Shown here piece by piece: positions 12,801 to 24,378 of a DNA stretch of 64,000 bases (the first letter of the stretch is position 1; each line of letters begins with the position of its first letter). Made by a program: the position numbers and the translations under genes. Under the pieces are notes generated by a model. The model did not search any database and had not been told where the DNA came from. It saw nothing but the letters and a program-made list of their open reading frames with translations. This DNA comes from Haplodiscus bocki (taxonomy: Eukaryota), in assembly GCA_965655095.1 (NCBI GenBank), contig OZ296648.1, forward strand, positions 85,126,001 through 85,190,000, in the 5' to 3' direction.

Positions 12801-15800
12801 ATTGAAACTGGACCTGGAAGAATGATTTGACGGCTAGATTTTGAGGAGCATTCCGACCCAAAAAATGAACTCAATACTCCGCGCTTCTTCTTATTTTATA
12901 TGACGTTTTGAAAGTTTTCCAACTTACCTTGCTCGACATGAAGGAAATTCACAAAACGCTTTAAATGATGTAATAAAGCTGGATTAACATGTTCTTTAGC
13001 CGAAAGCTTAGAAAAATAATATCTCCTCTCAAGCGTAAAGTCCTGGCCATCCCGTTCTAAGAGCCCTTCTGTCGTGAGAAAAGGAATTCTAAGCCGTTTT
13101 TACGTTTACCCTTGAAGACCCAGTACTACTTTTGACGGATACAACCGGGAAAAAACCCGACATCAATTTTCCCAAGCTAAAACACGTTTCAAATCATTCT
13201 TTACATTGTGACTGCAGCGAAATATTTGGAGTCAATCGGTCAAGATCGTTCATTGATGTTGTACAATCTGTTTGTTTCGTTTGGAGCGGATTGCGGTTCC
13301 TGGGGCTGCAGCTTACCAAGAAAGGTTTTCAGGAAGGTCGTCTCTCAGAGTTTTTCTGCAGAATAACATACCGAGTGATAAGGAGACTGAAATAAAAGAT
13401 ACTTTCTGCTTAAAGGGAGTCCTGAAAAAAAACTATGCAATATTTAGTTAAATCAAACACTTTGGCGCCAATTTGAATGGCTGCAAAGGGAATAGGAGTC
13501 TTCGGAACAACAAAATAAACTCCAATTTCAAGTTTTTTCCGCAATTAAGGCCATTGTTCTTGTCTTCACTGGAGGTGTAAAAGACTAAAACGTCGTGTCT
13601 CTATCCTTTATCACTTGAAACACGGTGATCTTTTAAAGTGTCTTGAAGTAGAAACAACTGAAACTCGACGAACTTTGTTTCAAAAAGCTCGTCGTTCAAC
13701 GTCTAGTTCCAAAAATGCAATCACAATTTTTTGTCAATTCTTGCAACCAAAAAGACCTGCTTTGTTTGAGTTTTGCTCCAACGGTCGTTTGAATATAATG
13801 CAGAAAGAGGAAACAAGTGCCACAAAAAAGCTTGAAATTCAAAATATGCATCTGAAAACTCAATAAACCTGTTTTTTTTTTGTTTTCTTTCTGGACGTAC
13901 AAAACTACGTCGAATCTAATTGTCGATGTAAAATACAATTTTTTTAAATTTACTTTTGGATCAAGAACTCTTCCTAATATTCAAGCGGTTGTCCAAGAAA
14001 CCTTCAAGTAGTATTGAATACACTGGGCTGAAAATGAAGAGCCTTTCGGGATTTCTCTTCTGGCAAATTCTGTCGATTGAAATTTCTCCACGAGGAGTGG
14101 GAAAGTCTCTGTTAAAGAATGGTGATTTTGAAAGTCATCGTTGGTCAATATTATCAGTTTTCCTAGTCAGTTTCTGAAAATTGGGGTCCAATAGAACAAA
14201 AAGTTATTTTTAATTTATGAGACAAGGATCTGTAAGTATAAAGCTGCTTAGTGAGAGATTGATGGGAAAAACCAAGCTCGTGGTTTTGGACTGCTGACTT
14301 ACAAAACCGAGCTATGTAGCTTTTCAAAGGTTGTTTGACAGCGTTGGCCTATAAGAATTGGAATTCAAAGAGAAACACCATTGATTTTTCCATTGGATTA
14401 TCCTCCTTATCCGAAAGGTTTCCAATTGGGACCTTGTTGAGTGAAAGTTATCTTGTTTTTTGGGAGAAAAAGTGGTTTGAATTTGTGGCCAAAATGGAAA
14501 CCTTGATTTAATTAAATAAAAGACGTTTTGTCAAGGAACTTTCGAAAAACAATAATTTATTTCAACTTCTCTGTATTTTAAGCGAAAAGTTTTCGAACTT
14601 GGAGTGAAAATTATCAGATTTTGGGTCAAACAATGTTCGGAGTCGAAACTCAATTGCTTTCAATAGGGTTGTGAAAACTCCATTCAACGTGTCGAGAGGG
14701 TCTTTTTTGGAGAAACAATTTCGAAAAAATCTTGATTGCCTGGTATCTGGGCAGAATATATACAAAAACTTGGCCAATTTTTACCGCAAGTGTTGTAAAG
14801 AGAGCATTTTAATTGCCCAGAAGACAATTTTAGTGTGTAAAAAAAATTTGACGAATATTGCACTGAAGAGCCCAATTGCGGACAAAAACAAATCCAAGAC
14901 CTCAGAGAACGTTTACTTTTTCATAGTAACTTACGTCGGATAAAATCAGTTTCCCTCAAAATACTTTCGAAGGCCTGGTACTTGGCTCGTTGTTCAATGG
15001 TTTTGTCTCGTTTTTATGGTTAAACAGACTATTTTGTGACGTCGCGGAGGATTTCATACAATCCAGCTGAAGCATTTTTCTTAAATTCTTTTGTAATTTT
15101 TTTTCCAAAACCTTAGCTGCTTTTTGTCGCAAAAGTTTCATTCTCGTGGATATAAAGTCTCACCCATTCTTTGTTGAACTTGTACTGCTCGGAGATGGCT
15201 TTCAACGAGTGAACAGCGTATGTTTTAAAATTAAAATTTTAGTAGTTGCGAAGGTGGAATTTTTAGTCTAGAGGTTTTCCCGCGTTGTTATCATTTTGAA
15301 CATAAATTCATTCCGTAGACCACCAATCCGTAGAAACATTGAGAGTATTCTGTGCAAGAGAAAAATCATTGTCCATTTTTTGATTTTCAGCTGGATTTGC
15401 AAGATCTACTTCAACAAAAACCCCGAGGCAGAGCCTAGAGCTATTGAAAGATCTTCTCAGAGTGACTTCAGCGCACAGTATGTAAACCCCGTCAAGTATA
15501 TTTTTCTTCATTCACCCGTCATACCGAGATTTTAGGTCAAAGAACGTTTAACTCAGAATCTTGTCGAGTTGAAATGATATCCATTGCTTCTCCAAATTAC
15601 CGAAAACCTTCCAAACTGATTAGTCGGCCGAAATTTTTTTCTCAAAAAAACTTTTTCAGTGTCTTGCAATAATTCTTGTTTTAGAGTAGTCTCACTGAGC
15701 AATGCACCGCAACTCAAATCGCGAACCCATAAAAGTGGGCTCAATCCAGCTTCAAGACAGAGAAACAGATCTTTCAGATGGGTCTTAAGAAAACACTAAA

Positions 15801-17799
15801 AACGTTCGCTCGTAGTAAACTATCTTAAAGATCATCAAATCTCTTGATTTTCAAATCGCTTTTTCTTCCCCAAGCATTGCTCTTCTCCTCTTCAGTAACT
15901 TCAACTATATTTGTCAAAATATTCCGTAGTAGTCTGATGGGAAAAATTTCCTGATTTTTGAAAAACATCTGAGAAAATCCTTCAAGTTAGTTTTCCTAAT
16001 AAAGCTTCTCTCAGGTTTGGGATGCCAGCTTTCAATATCTTGCAGTCACTTTTGACTGCAACTTCAGCAAATTAGACAAAACATTGAAAGCAGATTAGGA
16101 AGCTCTGAAGAAGTGGAGAGAAAACGATATGAGTCAACAATCTGTCCTGATTGAATTTCAAATCGTTCACCAGTTCATCGGAAGAAATTTTAATTTATGC
16201 ATGGTTATTCAATGCAAAAGCTGAAAGCTAAAAACTCTTGCTCAGTCTCGACGCAACTTCGTATGTTTTGCTTCAGAATGAAACAGAATGTGAAAAAAGA
16301 ATTTCGGTTGTCCTCGGCTTGCAGATGGCATGTAGAATCAGGAACGCCGAAAACTTGTCTAGTCGAGTGGCAATGTTTTATATATCGCTGGCTTGGCTGA
16401 ACTGTATCTCCACATTTAAAACCAGTTTTGTCATCCGCGTTCTTCAACACTGTTTTCTGTTCTGTGGGAACTTTCAGCTGTCTGAAGTTGCGTTTACCGC
16501 CATGAAACAAGCAGATCAAGAACCTATTGAAGCTATCAGACGAATTGTTCGAAAACTTTTGATTAGAACTTCTTTTTTAATACGGCAAAAACCTCAATCA
16601 TTTACTAACAATGGTGTTGTAAGTTGATCAAAAAACAATTTTGTTGTTTTGAAAAATTGCGTAAAAGCCTATTAAGCTTCGTTTGACCACGAGAATGGCC
16701 GTGCAATTGCACTTTTTTTGGTTTCAGTTTTCTTCCACTTAAAACAAAGCTTTACTGGATTCTGACAATGAGCATCAAAAGGACCGCGGAAACAATAAAA
16801 TGACACTTTGAGTTTTTTGCTAAAGTACAAAGCTAATGATCGGCAAGGACTCCAGTACGGTGATTTTGACTGAAAAGCACTTTCGTGACTTCTGTAGTTT
16901 AATTTATTGTTTAATCGAAGTAGTGTGAGCAAAGTATTAGTGTGTGACCAAATATGTCCACACTATGTAATCAATTGATTCGTCGAAGCAAATCGGAAAC
17001 ATTTTGGTTAATTATAAAACACTTTCGAAAACTTCAAATCAACAACGCCGAATGAGTTTCAATCTTACTGTAGTAGACTGTTACCAACTCAGAGTCCTCA
17101 AATTTGGGATCTATATCGTACAATTTTTTTGTCAAATGATGCTATGTTGCATAACGGCAACGGCAGTCACTCTGAGTTGAACCCTTGTTGTTTGAATTTC
17201 TCAATTGCAGATACGAAACAAAATGTTGGACTAAGAATGAAAAAAATGAAGCTGATGTCCGATACGAGAAAAAGACTGTGCATTTTCCCTCACTTTCGAA
17301 GGAACCTTGGAAAAGCTTTTTCTGAAAACTGTATTTCATGGAGAGACGATTCGTTGATGGTTTGGCAACTTGTCGCTTTGATTCAACCGCGACCTTTTCA
17401 AGACCTTCTGCCGTTCATCTAGACCCACAGAGCAAAAGCGTTGAGCTTGAACAGTAATTTGTCAATTTGGTCAAGACACTCTCACCTGCGATGCTTTGAA
17501 TTACTCGAGTGAGGAAATACTTGCAGAATAAATTTTGTTCGGTCCTAGACTGGAGCTGTTGGATTAACAATAATTCAACGTTCAAAGTGAAACAAACTTC
17601 CGACTAAGTTTTTTTGAAGCTCTGCATCAAGGTGATCGTTTTTGTTTCCTTAGCGCAAAATCAAAAAGGTTTCTATGGAAAGTTCGCCCTTTCACTGCTT
17701 TGACCGGTTGTTTTTGATTATGTTTGATTTTTCTATAGTTGAAGATTCAACAGCTGCAGGAAGTACAATTACTTTGCTCTACTCAAGCCTCATTGTTGT

Positions 17800-20335
17800 C
17801 ATAAACCTATTAAAACTTTTCTTATTGCGTATGCTATTTGTGCCGAAGTGCTTTTGCTACTCGAGAGATGGGTCGAAAAAACGAAAACTTCAGATGGTGG
17901 CTCAGTCAACTCGGAGCAATGGGATACGAACATTGTTATGGGCAGTGAATGTGCAATTAAATGCATCATGTGCAATCATTGGTTTCATGAGGGATGTGTT
18001 AAACTCTCAGAATAGCTAATCGATGTCATCATTGGCTTACCTGAATGCAAATGGTTGAATGCTTCTTGTACACCGTTTGTACTTGTGAAACCAAACGAAG
18101 AAAACCGAAACGCATATCGCGAGGAAGTGAAGAATCTCCAATCTAAGATTAGTACCATGGAAAATTTACTTGAGAAAACTGAAGATCTTTTATCTTCACC
18201 GGTTTCCTATGCTGAAAAAGTTTAAAGTACCACCTTCATCAGGGATATGGAGTTTCAGCGGCCGAGATTTTCCCTGAACGGACGCTCTTCGTTCGTCGTA
18301 GTATACAAAGCGAGTGGTTTTCTTCAGGTATGCAACACAGAAAAAAAAATTGAATCGGCTGTTCCTTCTGATCAAAATTGATTATTGCTTCACGAAAAAA
18401 ACAAGAAAGTTTGTTGTACTCTTCAACAATGCCAATAAGTGTTATTAAAGTCACTCAAAATGAAAAGAAACTTCTTTTGGAAATCTCACAAAGACTGTAT
18501 TCGTTGCAGTATCCAAAACATTGTTCGAAAGAGTTGAGGACGCTCCAACTGAAATCACTGCAGAACAATATAAAAATGATCTGAGAAATATAACAGTCAA
18601 GCATTAATAAAGAAACAGTCATCCTCTCCCAAAAAATGAAGTAACTTTCGAATCAGAATCTGAATACCAATTTGCAGTTCGTCATGGAAATGTTATCTCC
18701 AGCATGCATTTCAAAGTGGAACTTAAAATTATCAAGATGATTTTTTTACAAAGTTGTCCCCAACAATGTAGTCACCAACTGCCAGAAATGGGGGAAACCA
18801 TGACTAGAGAAAACTCAAAAACTAACCTGTCTGTGTTATAAGTGGCTACGATCATCCTTCCAGATCTCATAATGACTATGTTTGCCGAAATTGTCCTAAT
18901 CATAATGAGTCTTGTTTAGCGGATGGTTTTAAATATAGCATTAATTGTAGAGGAGACCATCTCGCGTCGAACAACAGGAGCAGGGTATATAAAGAAGTTT
19001 ACGACAGAGTTGCATCAACGTAGGATGCGACGTAAATCTTCAGAAATCGCTCTGATGCAAGTCAATATGTCAGGTTTTTCACTTCATTTTAGCTTAGCTC
19101 TAAATCACAAAATGAAAGTGAACCATAAAGATCTTGTAGCTGTCTCCGAATTTCGTGGTTCATTTTCCGGTTTCGAAAACAATGACATTTATCGGTGAAG
19201 AGCCACATAATATTGTAGCGCTCTGATCTTTAAAAAACTTTTGAAGTCTTTTGCAGTAGAAGAGTTTTTCCTTGATGAGTTGGATGTATGCTTTACGGTT
19301 TTTTTACAGAAACTGGGGAGTTTTAGTGGGGTCGATATATACATCACGCGCGAATCAACGCCATTTCAATTCTATACTGGAAGTTTGCAAAAAGGCTAAA
19401 AAAAAGGTTTATCTCAAAAATAGAATGAAGGGACCACTCATCTTGGGAGATTTCAATACACGGCATGTTGCGTGTGTTGTTGAAATATGTAAAATTTACG
19501 GCCAGTCACTTTCTACTTCCTGGAAGAAATTTGTTTCATTGTTAAATCCCCGAAAGAACATACTTTCGTCAAAGGGCAGCTCAATGGCGGAGGCCTTTTT
19601 GACTTGTGTCTTTGCGCTTCCACCACGATATGTAGGGATTCATCTGCTTTTTGTGTTCAAAACGATAATAATTTCTTCACTGGTGCCCCGAGTGTTGGCC
19701 ATTCAGCAGTTTGTTTTAGTTTGCTGCTCTAGAAACCTGAAAAATTGTCTCGAAACCTGCTGGATTATAGTAATGCTGATTGGAATTGTATATTATCCGC
19801 CCTTGAGGTAGCCAAACAAAGAGAACATCTGGCCTTCGTCAAAAAGTTTCCGTCCGAACTTTTTCAACCGCCCAACGATTTAATTCAGCATTGTAACAAA
19901 TTCATACCAATGAAAATATTTTCTAGTCATTCCAAACCATTTTGGAATGCAAAACTAAGCGACTTAACCTCTGGACGGTGGAATCAATTAGTGTTATTAA
20001 CAAAACGAGTTCTGAGAATTTTTTTAAAGCTTTGAAGCGCTTCGATCAGCCTAAAATAGGAGTCAGTGTGCCCATACTAATAAATAAGAAAGAGTCACTA
20101 CTGACTCCAAAAAAGCGAAATCGTTCGACAAAGTTTTCTTCCGAGTTGGCCACCTGAATGGCAAGCACTTCGACATAAGATTACTCACTGAAGCTAAATC
20201 TGTGGTCAACCTGGCTTTAGAAACTGCTAGGGGTAATGTTGAACAGGATTCAGTGCCAGATTCTTGCTACACGGTAAACAAAGGAATCACTATGGACGAA
20301 CTACGGAGAGCAATTAGGAAAAATGATCGAAGCTA
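17800..20335 (+). mobile_element. Degenerate non-LTR retrotransposon (LINE, I-group-like): ORF1 with PHD finger and Cys knuckles, then ORF2 AP endonuclease; truncated before the RT core
   Basis: PHD-like IKCIMCNHWFHEGC...KW at ~17955-18075; SYAEKV motif ~18205; Cys-rich remnants 18770-18910. APE motifs LMQVNMSG, VAVSE, LVGSIY, PLILGDFNTRH; then DYSNADW, SKPFWN and ITMDELRRAIRK, which normally precedes RT. Many stops and frameshifts. Confidence 0.8.
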
Positions 20336-20374
20336 GGGTTTTGTCCTTTATAACAGTCATCGTTGCCTGAAAAT

Positions 20375-20652
20375 GCCGCGCATCTGCCAGGAGCTACTTT
20401 TGATGGCCGACTTAAAGACTTTGGAAAATGTGCTAAAGCGAGCGAAACAACTGGAGACGATCGTCAGCGAGCAGGGGGATATGTCACAGGTCAGCAGCAC
20501 TGACAGGCACGTTTGCATTGAAGATCCGGACGTATAGTGAAAGCGCCGAACAAACTCAGTCTTGCTCTTTGTTAACGGGACTGTTGCCAATGTTGCTATA
20601 TTTTAATGATGCTAATCAATTTTACATTGATGCTTTTTTAAAGATGGGAGGA
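20375..20652 (+). repeat. Partial upstream tandem unit of the Gag-only LTR element (3' end of gag, UTR and PPT)
   Basis: 20375-20814 aligns to 21611-22050 at a constant offset of 1236 bp with scattered substitutions; ends in the PPT aaagatgggagga directly before the first LTR. Confidence 0.93.
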
Positions 20653-20814
20653 TGTGACGTGTTGCATTACATACATCTGACCATGCCTCGGGCTCTGTAG
20701 CCACTAGTTGACAGTTAGTTACTTGATTGCGTAATTATGCAATGATTTAAACATTGAACGTTTGCCTATGGCTAAAAACTTGAATACACGATTGGCTAGA
20801 GAATAGTCTTCACA
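20653..20814 (+). repeat. LTR 1 (162 bp), shared between tandem units
   Basis: TGTGA...TCACA inverted termini; 6 substitutions versus 21889-22050 by my count; preceded by a PPT and followed by a PBS. Confidence 0.93.
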
Positions 20815-20816
20815 TT

Positions 20817-20835
20817 TGGCGCAGTCAGCAGCGAT
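20817..20835 (+). promoter_or_regulatory. Primer-binding site, probably tRNA-Ser
   Basis: TGGCGCAGTCAGCAG starts 2 nt after the LTR end and is complementary to a ...CUGCUGACUGCG-CCA tRNA 3' end. tRNA-Ser priming is typical of Mag-like elements. Confidence 0.75.
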
Positions 20836-21182
20836 TTTAGAGTCGCGGCAGTGCGGCACTACGAGCATTACGCTGCAGTGAGGGACGTTCTGTCAGAAAG
20901 TCAGCCTAGTTTTGGAAGCTAATAACTTCTCGAAGACTGAACCGGTCATATTGAAAAAAATTTCGGGGGCTAGCCAGATTCAAGCCCTTTCCAACGATAT
21001 ACGGCTTGTTGGGATTGTTATTGTGTGGTACACGGGGTAACATTCTGGCGATTCTTGCTTCAGTTCATGTTGGCACCACGACGACTTGTGGGGAGATTAG
21101 CACTTGCAACAGCAAAATTCGTTGACTCCAACTGGAGAATTAGTTGATTTTAGCACTAGAATGTCGGTTACTTCATTCAGTG

Positions 21183-21773
21183 ATGCCTGATACTGTTCTT
21201 CGACATCACATTAAGCCACCCGCGCAGTTCAACCCCGAGGACAAGACTGTTGAATGGAAGCTTTGGCGTCAGATGTTCGAGAATTACATGGTTGCCAGTA
21301 ACTATGTAACACTGGAAGACGCTGAAAAACGTGCAGTTCTCTTGGCCAACATTACGCCAAAATGCTATGAGATCTTTACGACGCTGAATTCTGGTACTAC
21401 CTACGCAGAAGCAATAAAGGCGTTGGAGATCTACTACGGCTAGCGCTTCTCGAAGACGTACGCAATCTACAACTTCAGGAAGCTGCGGCAGGAGACTGGA
21501 CAGGACGTCTCTTCGTTTGCGAGCACTCTTATCTCAGCGGCGCAGCAGTGCGACTTCGGACGGCAAGTCGACGCGGAGGTCAAGCAGCAGCTCATCTTGG
21601 GAATTCGCGAGCCGCGCATCTGCCAGGAGCTACTTTTGATGGCCGACTTAGAGACTTTGGAAAATGTGCTAAAGCGAGCGAAACAACTGGAGACGAGCGT
21701 CAGCGAGCAGGGGGGTATGTCACAGGTCAGCAGCACTGACAGGCACGTTTGCATTGAAGATCCGGACGTATAG
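21183..21773 (+). pseudogene. gag: Gag capsid protein, 196 codons with one in-frame TAG at 21441-21443
   Basis: MPDTVLRHHIKPPAQFNPEDKTVEWKLWRQMFENYMVA...EKRAVLLANI...TYAEAIKALEIYYG*RFSKTYAIYNFRKLRQETGQDVSSFASTLISAAQQCDFG...QQLILGIREPRICQELL...ETLENVLKRAKQLE...EDPDV*. Matches the Mag/K02A2.6-type Gag pattern, including the MHR-like QxxGxxVxxF. No CCHC knuckle. Confidence 0.88.
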
Positions 21774-21875
21774 TGAAAGCTCCGAACAAACTCAGTCTTG
21801 CTCTTTGTTAACGGGACTATTGCCAATGTTGCTATATTCTAATGATGCTAATTAATTTTACATTGATGCTATTTT

Positions 21876-21888
21876 AAAGATGGGAGGA
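21876..21888 (+). promoter_or_regulatory. Polypurine tract
   Basis: aaagatgggagga abuts the TG of LTR 2. Confidence 0.85.
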
Positions 21889-22050
21889 TGTGACGTGTTG
21901 CATTACATACATCTGACCATGCCTCGGGCTATGTAGCCACTAGTTGACAGGTAGTTAATTGATTGCGTAATTATGCAATGATTTAAACATTGAACGTTTG
22001 CCAATGGCTAAAAACTTGAATACACGGTTGGCTATAGAATAGTCTTCACA
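21889..22050 (+). repeat. LTR 2 (162 bp)
   Basis: Direct repeat of 20653-20814 with TGTGA...TCACA ends. Confidence 0.93.
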
Positions 22051-24166
22051 ATACCCGAGATTTTGTAAACATGGTACTTTTGCTCTAGTCAACTTTCCTT
22101 CATCTCAAACTATCTTTTTCGTTGTTCAGAGGAGGTTTTCGATGACGTTTCTTTTGAGCGTTTTATTTACGTGCTTAGAAATTCAGTTGAATCAACGAAT
22201 CTTCAGTAGGAAAATGTTTGGCCACCTAAAATATAAACCTATAGAATTTGGTACGCGGTGTCCAATTGGTTTGTTTTCGTGATGGGTTAGAATTTGCTTG
22301 TCAAAATTGGAACCATTGACGATGAAGCTGTCAGGCAGTTGTCATCTAATTTGGTTCCGCTTGCGTAGTTTTGTCTGTCCTTGAGCTGTCAAACAAGTTT
22401 AGTTTGTTAATGTGCTGCAATTTTTCATTGTGGAGACGCTGCTAAGCCATTAAAATATCAGTAACCCTCCGGCCACTTTCGATACTATTAATGCTAGTAA
22501 CTGGTATTTGCGTGGGCTCAATACCCTTCCGTTGGAGAAACCAATTATTATTGTTAATATTATTATTAATGATAAGAAATGAGAACTTTTTGATTGGGCA
22601 CACTTTCTTACCGACCTTTTCGGACAAGCGCTTGACAGACATCCGTTGTAGTATATGTAAAGCTGTCAGTCATATATCTGATCGAAGTTCACATATTTTT
22701 GGGGACCTTGGATTTGTATCCTTTACAAATCTTTGATCTCTATTGAGATGTCCGAATGTGTTGCGAAATTCCGCTTCGCCTCTGTGTTCGAGTTTTCGTA
22801 ACATTGAGAACGTTTTATCCAATCAGTAGATGCTCTAGACTTCTTTCTGACCGCTGATGATTTTGACGGCAGTTGTTTTCGAAAACTTTTTAAAAGATTC
22901 GTTTTTTTGCTAAGTTCTGCAAATTATTGTTTAACGATAGGGTGTCAAAATCATTTTTTCTAATTTTTCTGAAAGATCATTTCTGGAAAATGGTGAAGAT
23001 TAAAGTATTGGGGAACAACCAGAATTAAAAAATTGTCGGATTCGTTTGTTGCTATCGTGCGTCGTTGTCAGGATTTAACGAGAAGTTCAAAATGTTCAAA
23101 ATTTCCAATACTCGCACAGTTTATTTGGTCAGCTTTCGGTTTGAGTTTTTTAAGTGTTTGATGTGTTTTTCTGGACAAAAGAAATGATCATATGATAGCC
23201 CTTTTAATGAGTTGTCTCACTTCCGGTGGTTACTCGGAACTCGTAATATTTAGTCCTCAACTTGTGATTTCGCGTACTTTTCGTTAAAATTTTTAGTCGC
23301 TTTCTTAAAATCATCTGTAATCCAGAAACGGTGAGGCTGCATCTATTGTTGAGTGTTTGACACGGAAAAGAGCCACTTGTAGTGACTTGAATTGCGAGGA
23401 TTTCACATGCATTTACCACCCTTTATGACTAATTGACTAGAATTTTTTACACATTTTGCTCTTTATGTCACATAATTTCTGTTGCGGAGCTATTTTTTTT
23501 CGAAAAAAAGCTCAAACAAAACCATTTATTGATAATAAACTTTTCAAAAAAGTTTTTTCGCCTACTAGGGTACGATCATTGTTCATGGACTTCATCGTAA
23601 ATTTCTTGATAACATAAAATGAAAATTCAAAAAATGGTTGTTTCAAACTTGGGTTTTTTTTACTTGAACATAGAATAAAGTCGAATTGTTAGTCTACTAT
23701 CCGATAGATGCAAATGCAAAACATTATTCAGTTTCCTTAATTTGACTTATTTTTGGGATAATCTCCGATTAATCACGACAATTTCATGAGGAAATACTTT
23801 CGATCACTTGACTGACGGACTTCGTTTTTCCTATAAAATTTTCTTAATTGTAGTCAGACTCAGACTTTCGCCTTTTCCCTCGTACGGATTCTGTTTGCGG
23901 ATTTCACTTTTCATAAAGATAAATGCCAAACAGAATGAAAGATTGTCAAAACTTATGCATTATCAACATTTACTTGTTTGTTGTCCTTTGTTTCTTTGCA
24001 GATAAGAAATGCTCGAGGTTTCCGGAATCAGTTTATTCTTTCTACATTTTGTGTTGATCTAAGTCAAAACTCAAATAATTCCATAGCTTGAAGGCGTCCA
24101 TAAGCACAAGCCCACTTGCTTGTTGGCTGTGTGCAGGCTTGGCCAACTATATAATTTTCAGCCCAG

Positions 24167-24378
24167 ATGCCAAATTCATTAACGGCGCTGAACACAGTCG
24201 TTTCGCCAAGTCTGTCCAGTACTACCGGATTTAGAGCTTCTGCTAGTAGAGGGGAATCTGAACTGTGCACAATGAACGGGGATGTGAATTGTTTAGACAT
24301 GGGTGCCAGTTATGCCGACATGCAAGATGGAATCACCTTGGATAAGTTGATCGAAAATGGAACGGGTTTGACTTACAA
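24167..24378 (+). CDS. IMPDH: IMPDH coding exon 1 (start codon uncertain: 24167, 24272 or 24299)
   Basis: ...[25 protein letters not shown](N); donor AA|gtaagg. Confidence 0.88.

Larger units (their letters stand above)
20653..22050 (+). mobile_element. Miniature non-autonomous LTR retrotransposon (Ty3/Gypsy, Mag-like) carrying only gag
   Basis: Two 162-bp LTRs (TGTGA...TCACA), a PBS after LTR1, a PPT before LTR2, a single gag reading frame and no room for pol. Confidence 0.92.

Noticed and set aside
16205-16932. Minus-strand KKTETKKSAIARPFS and LQAEDN resembling Mononegavirales L motifs
   Set aside because: The intervening motifs A and B are absent and the spacing is too short; the plus-strand frame looks at least as protein-like.
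21467-21826. 119-aa minus-strand ORF and its copy at 20357-20590
   Set aside because: Antisense shadow of the GC-rich gag frame.
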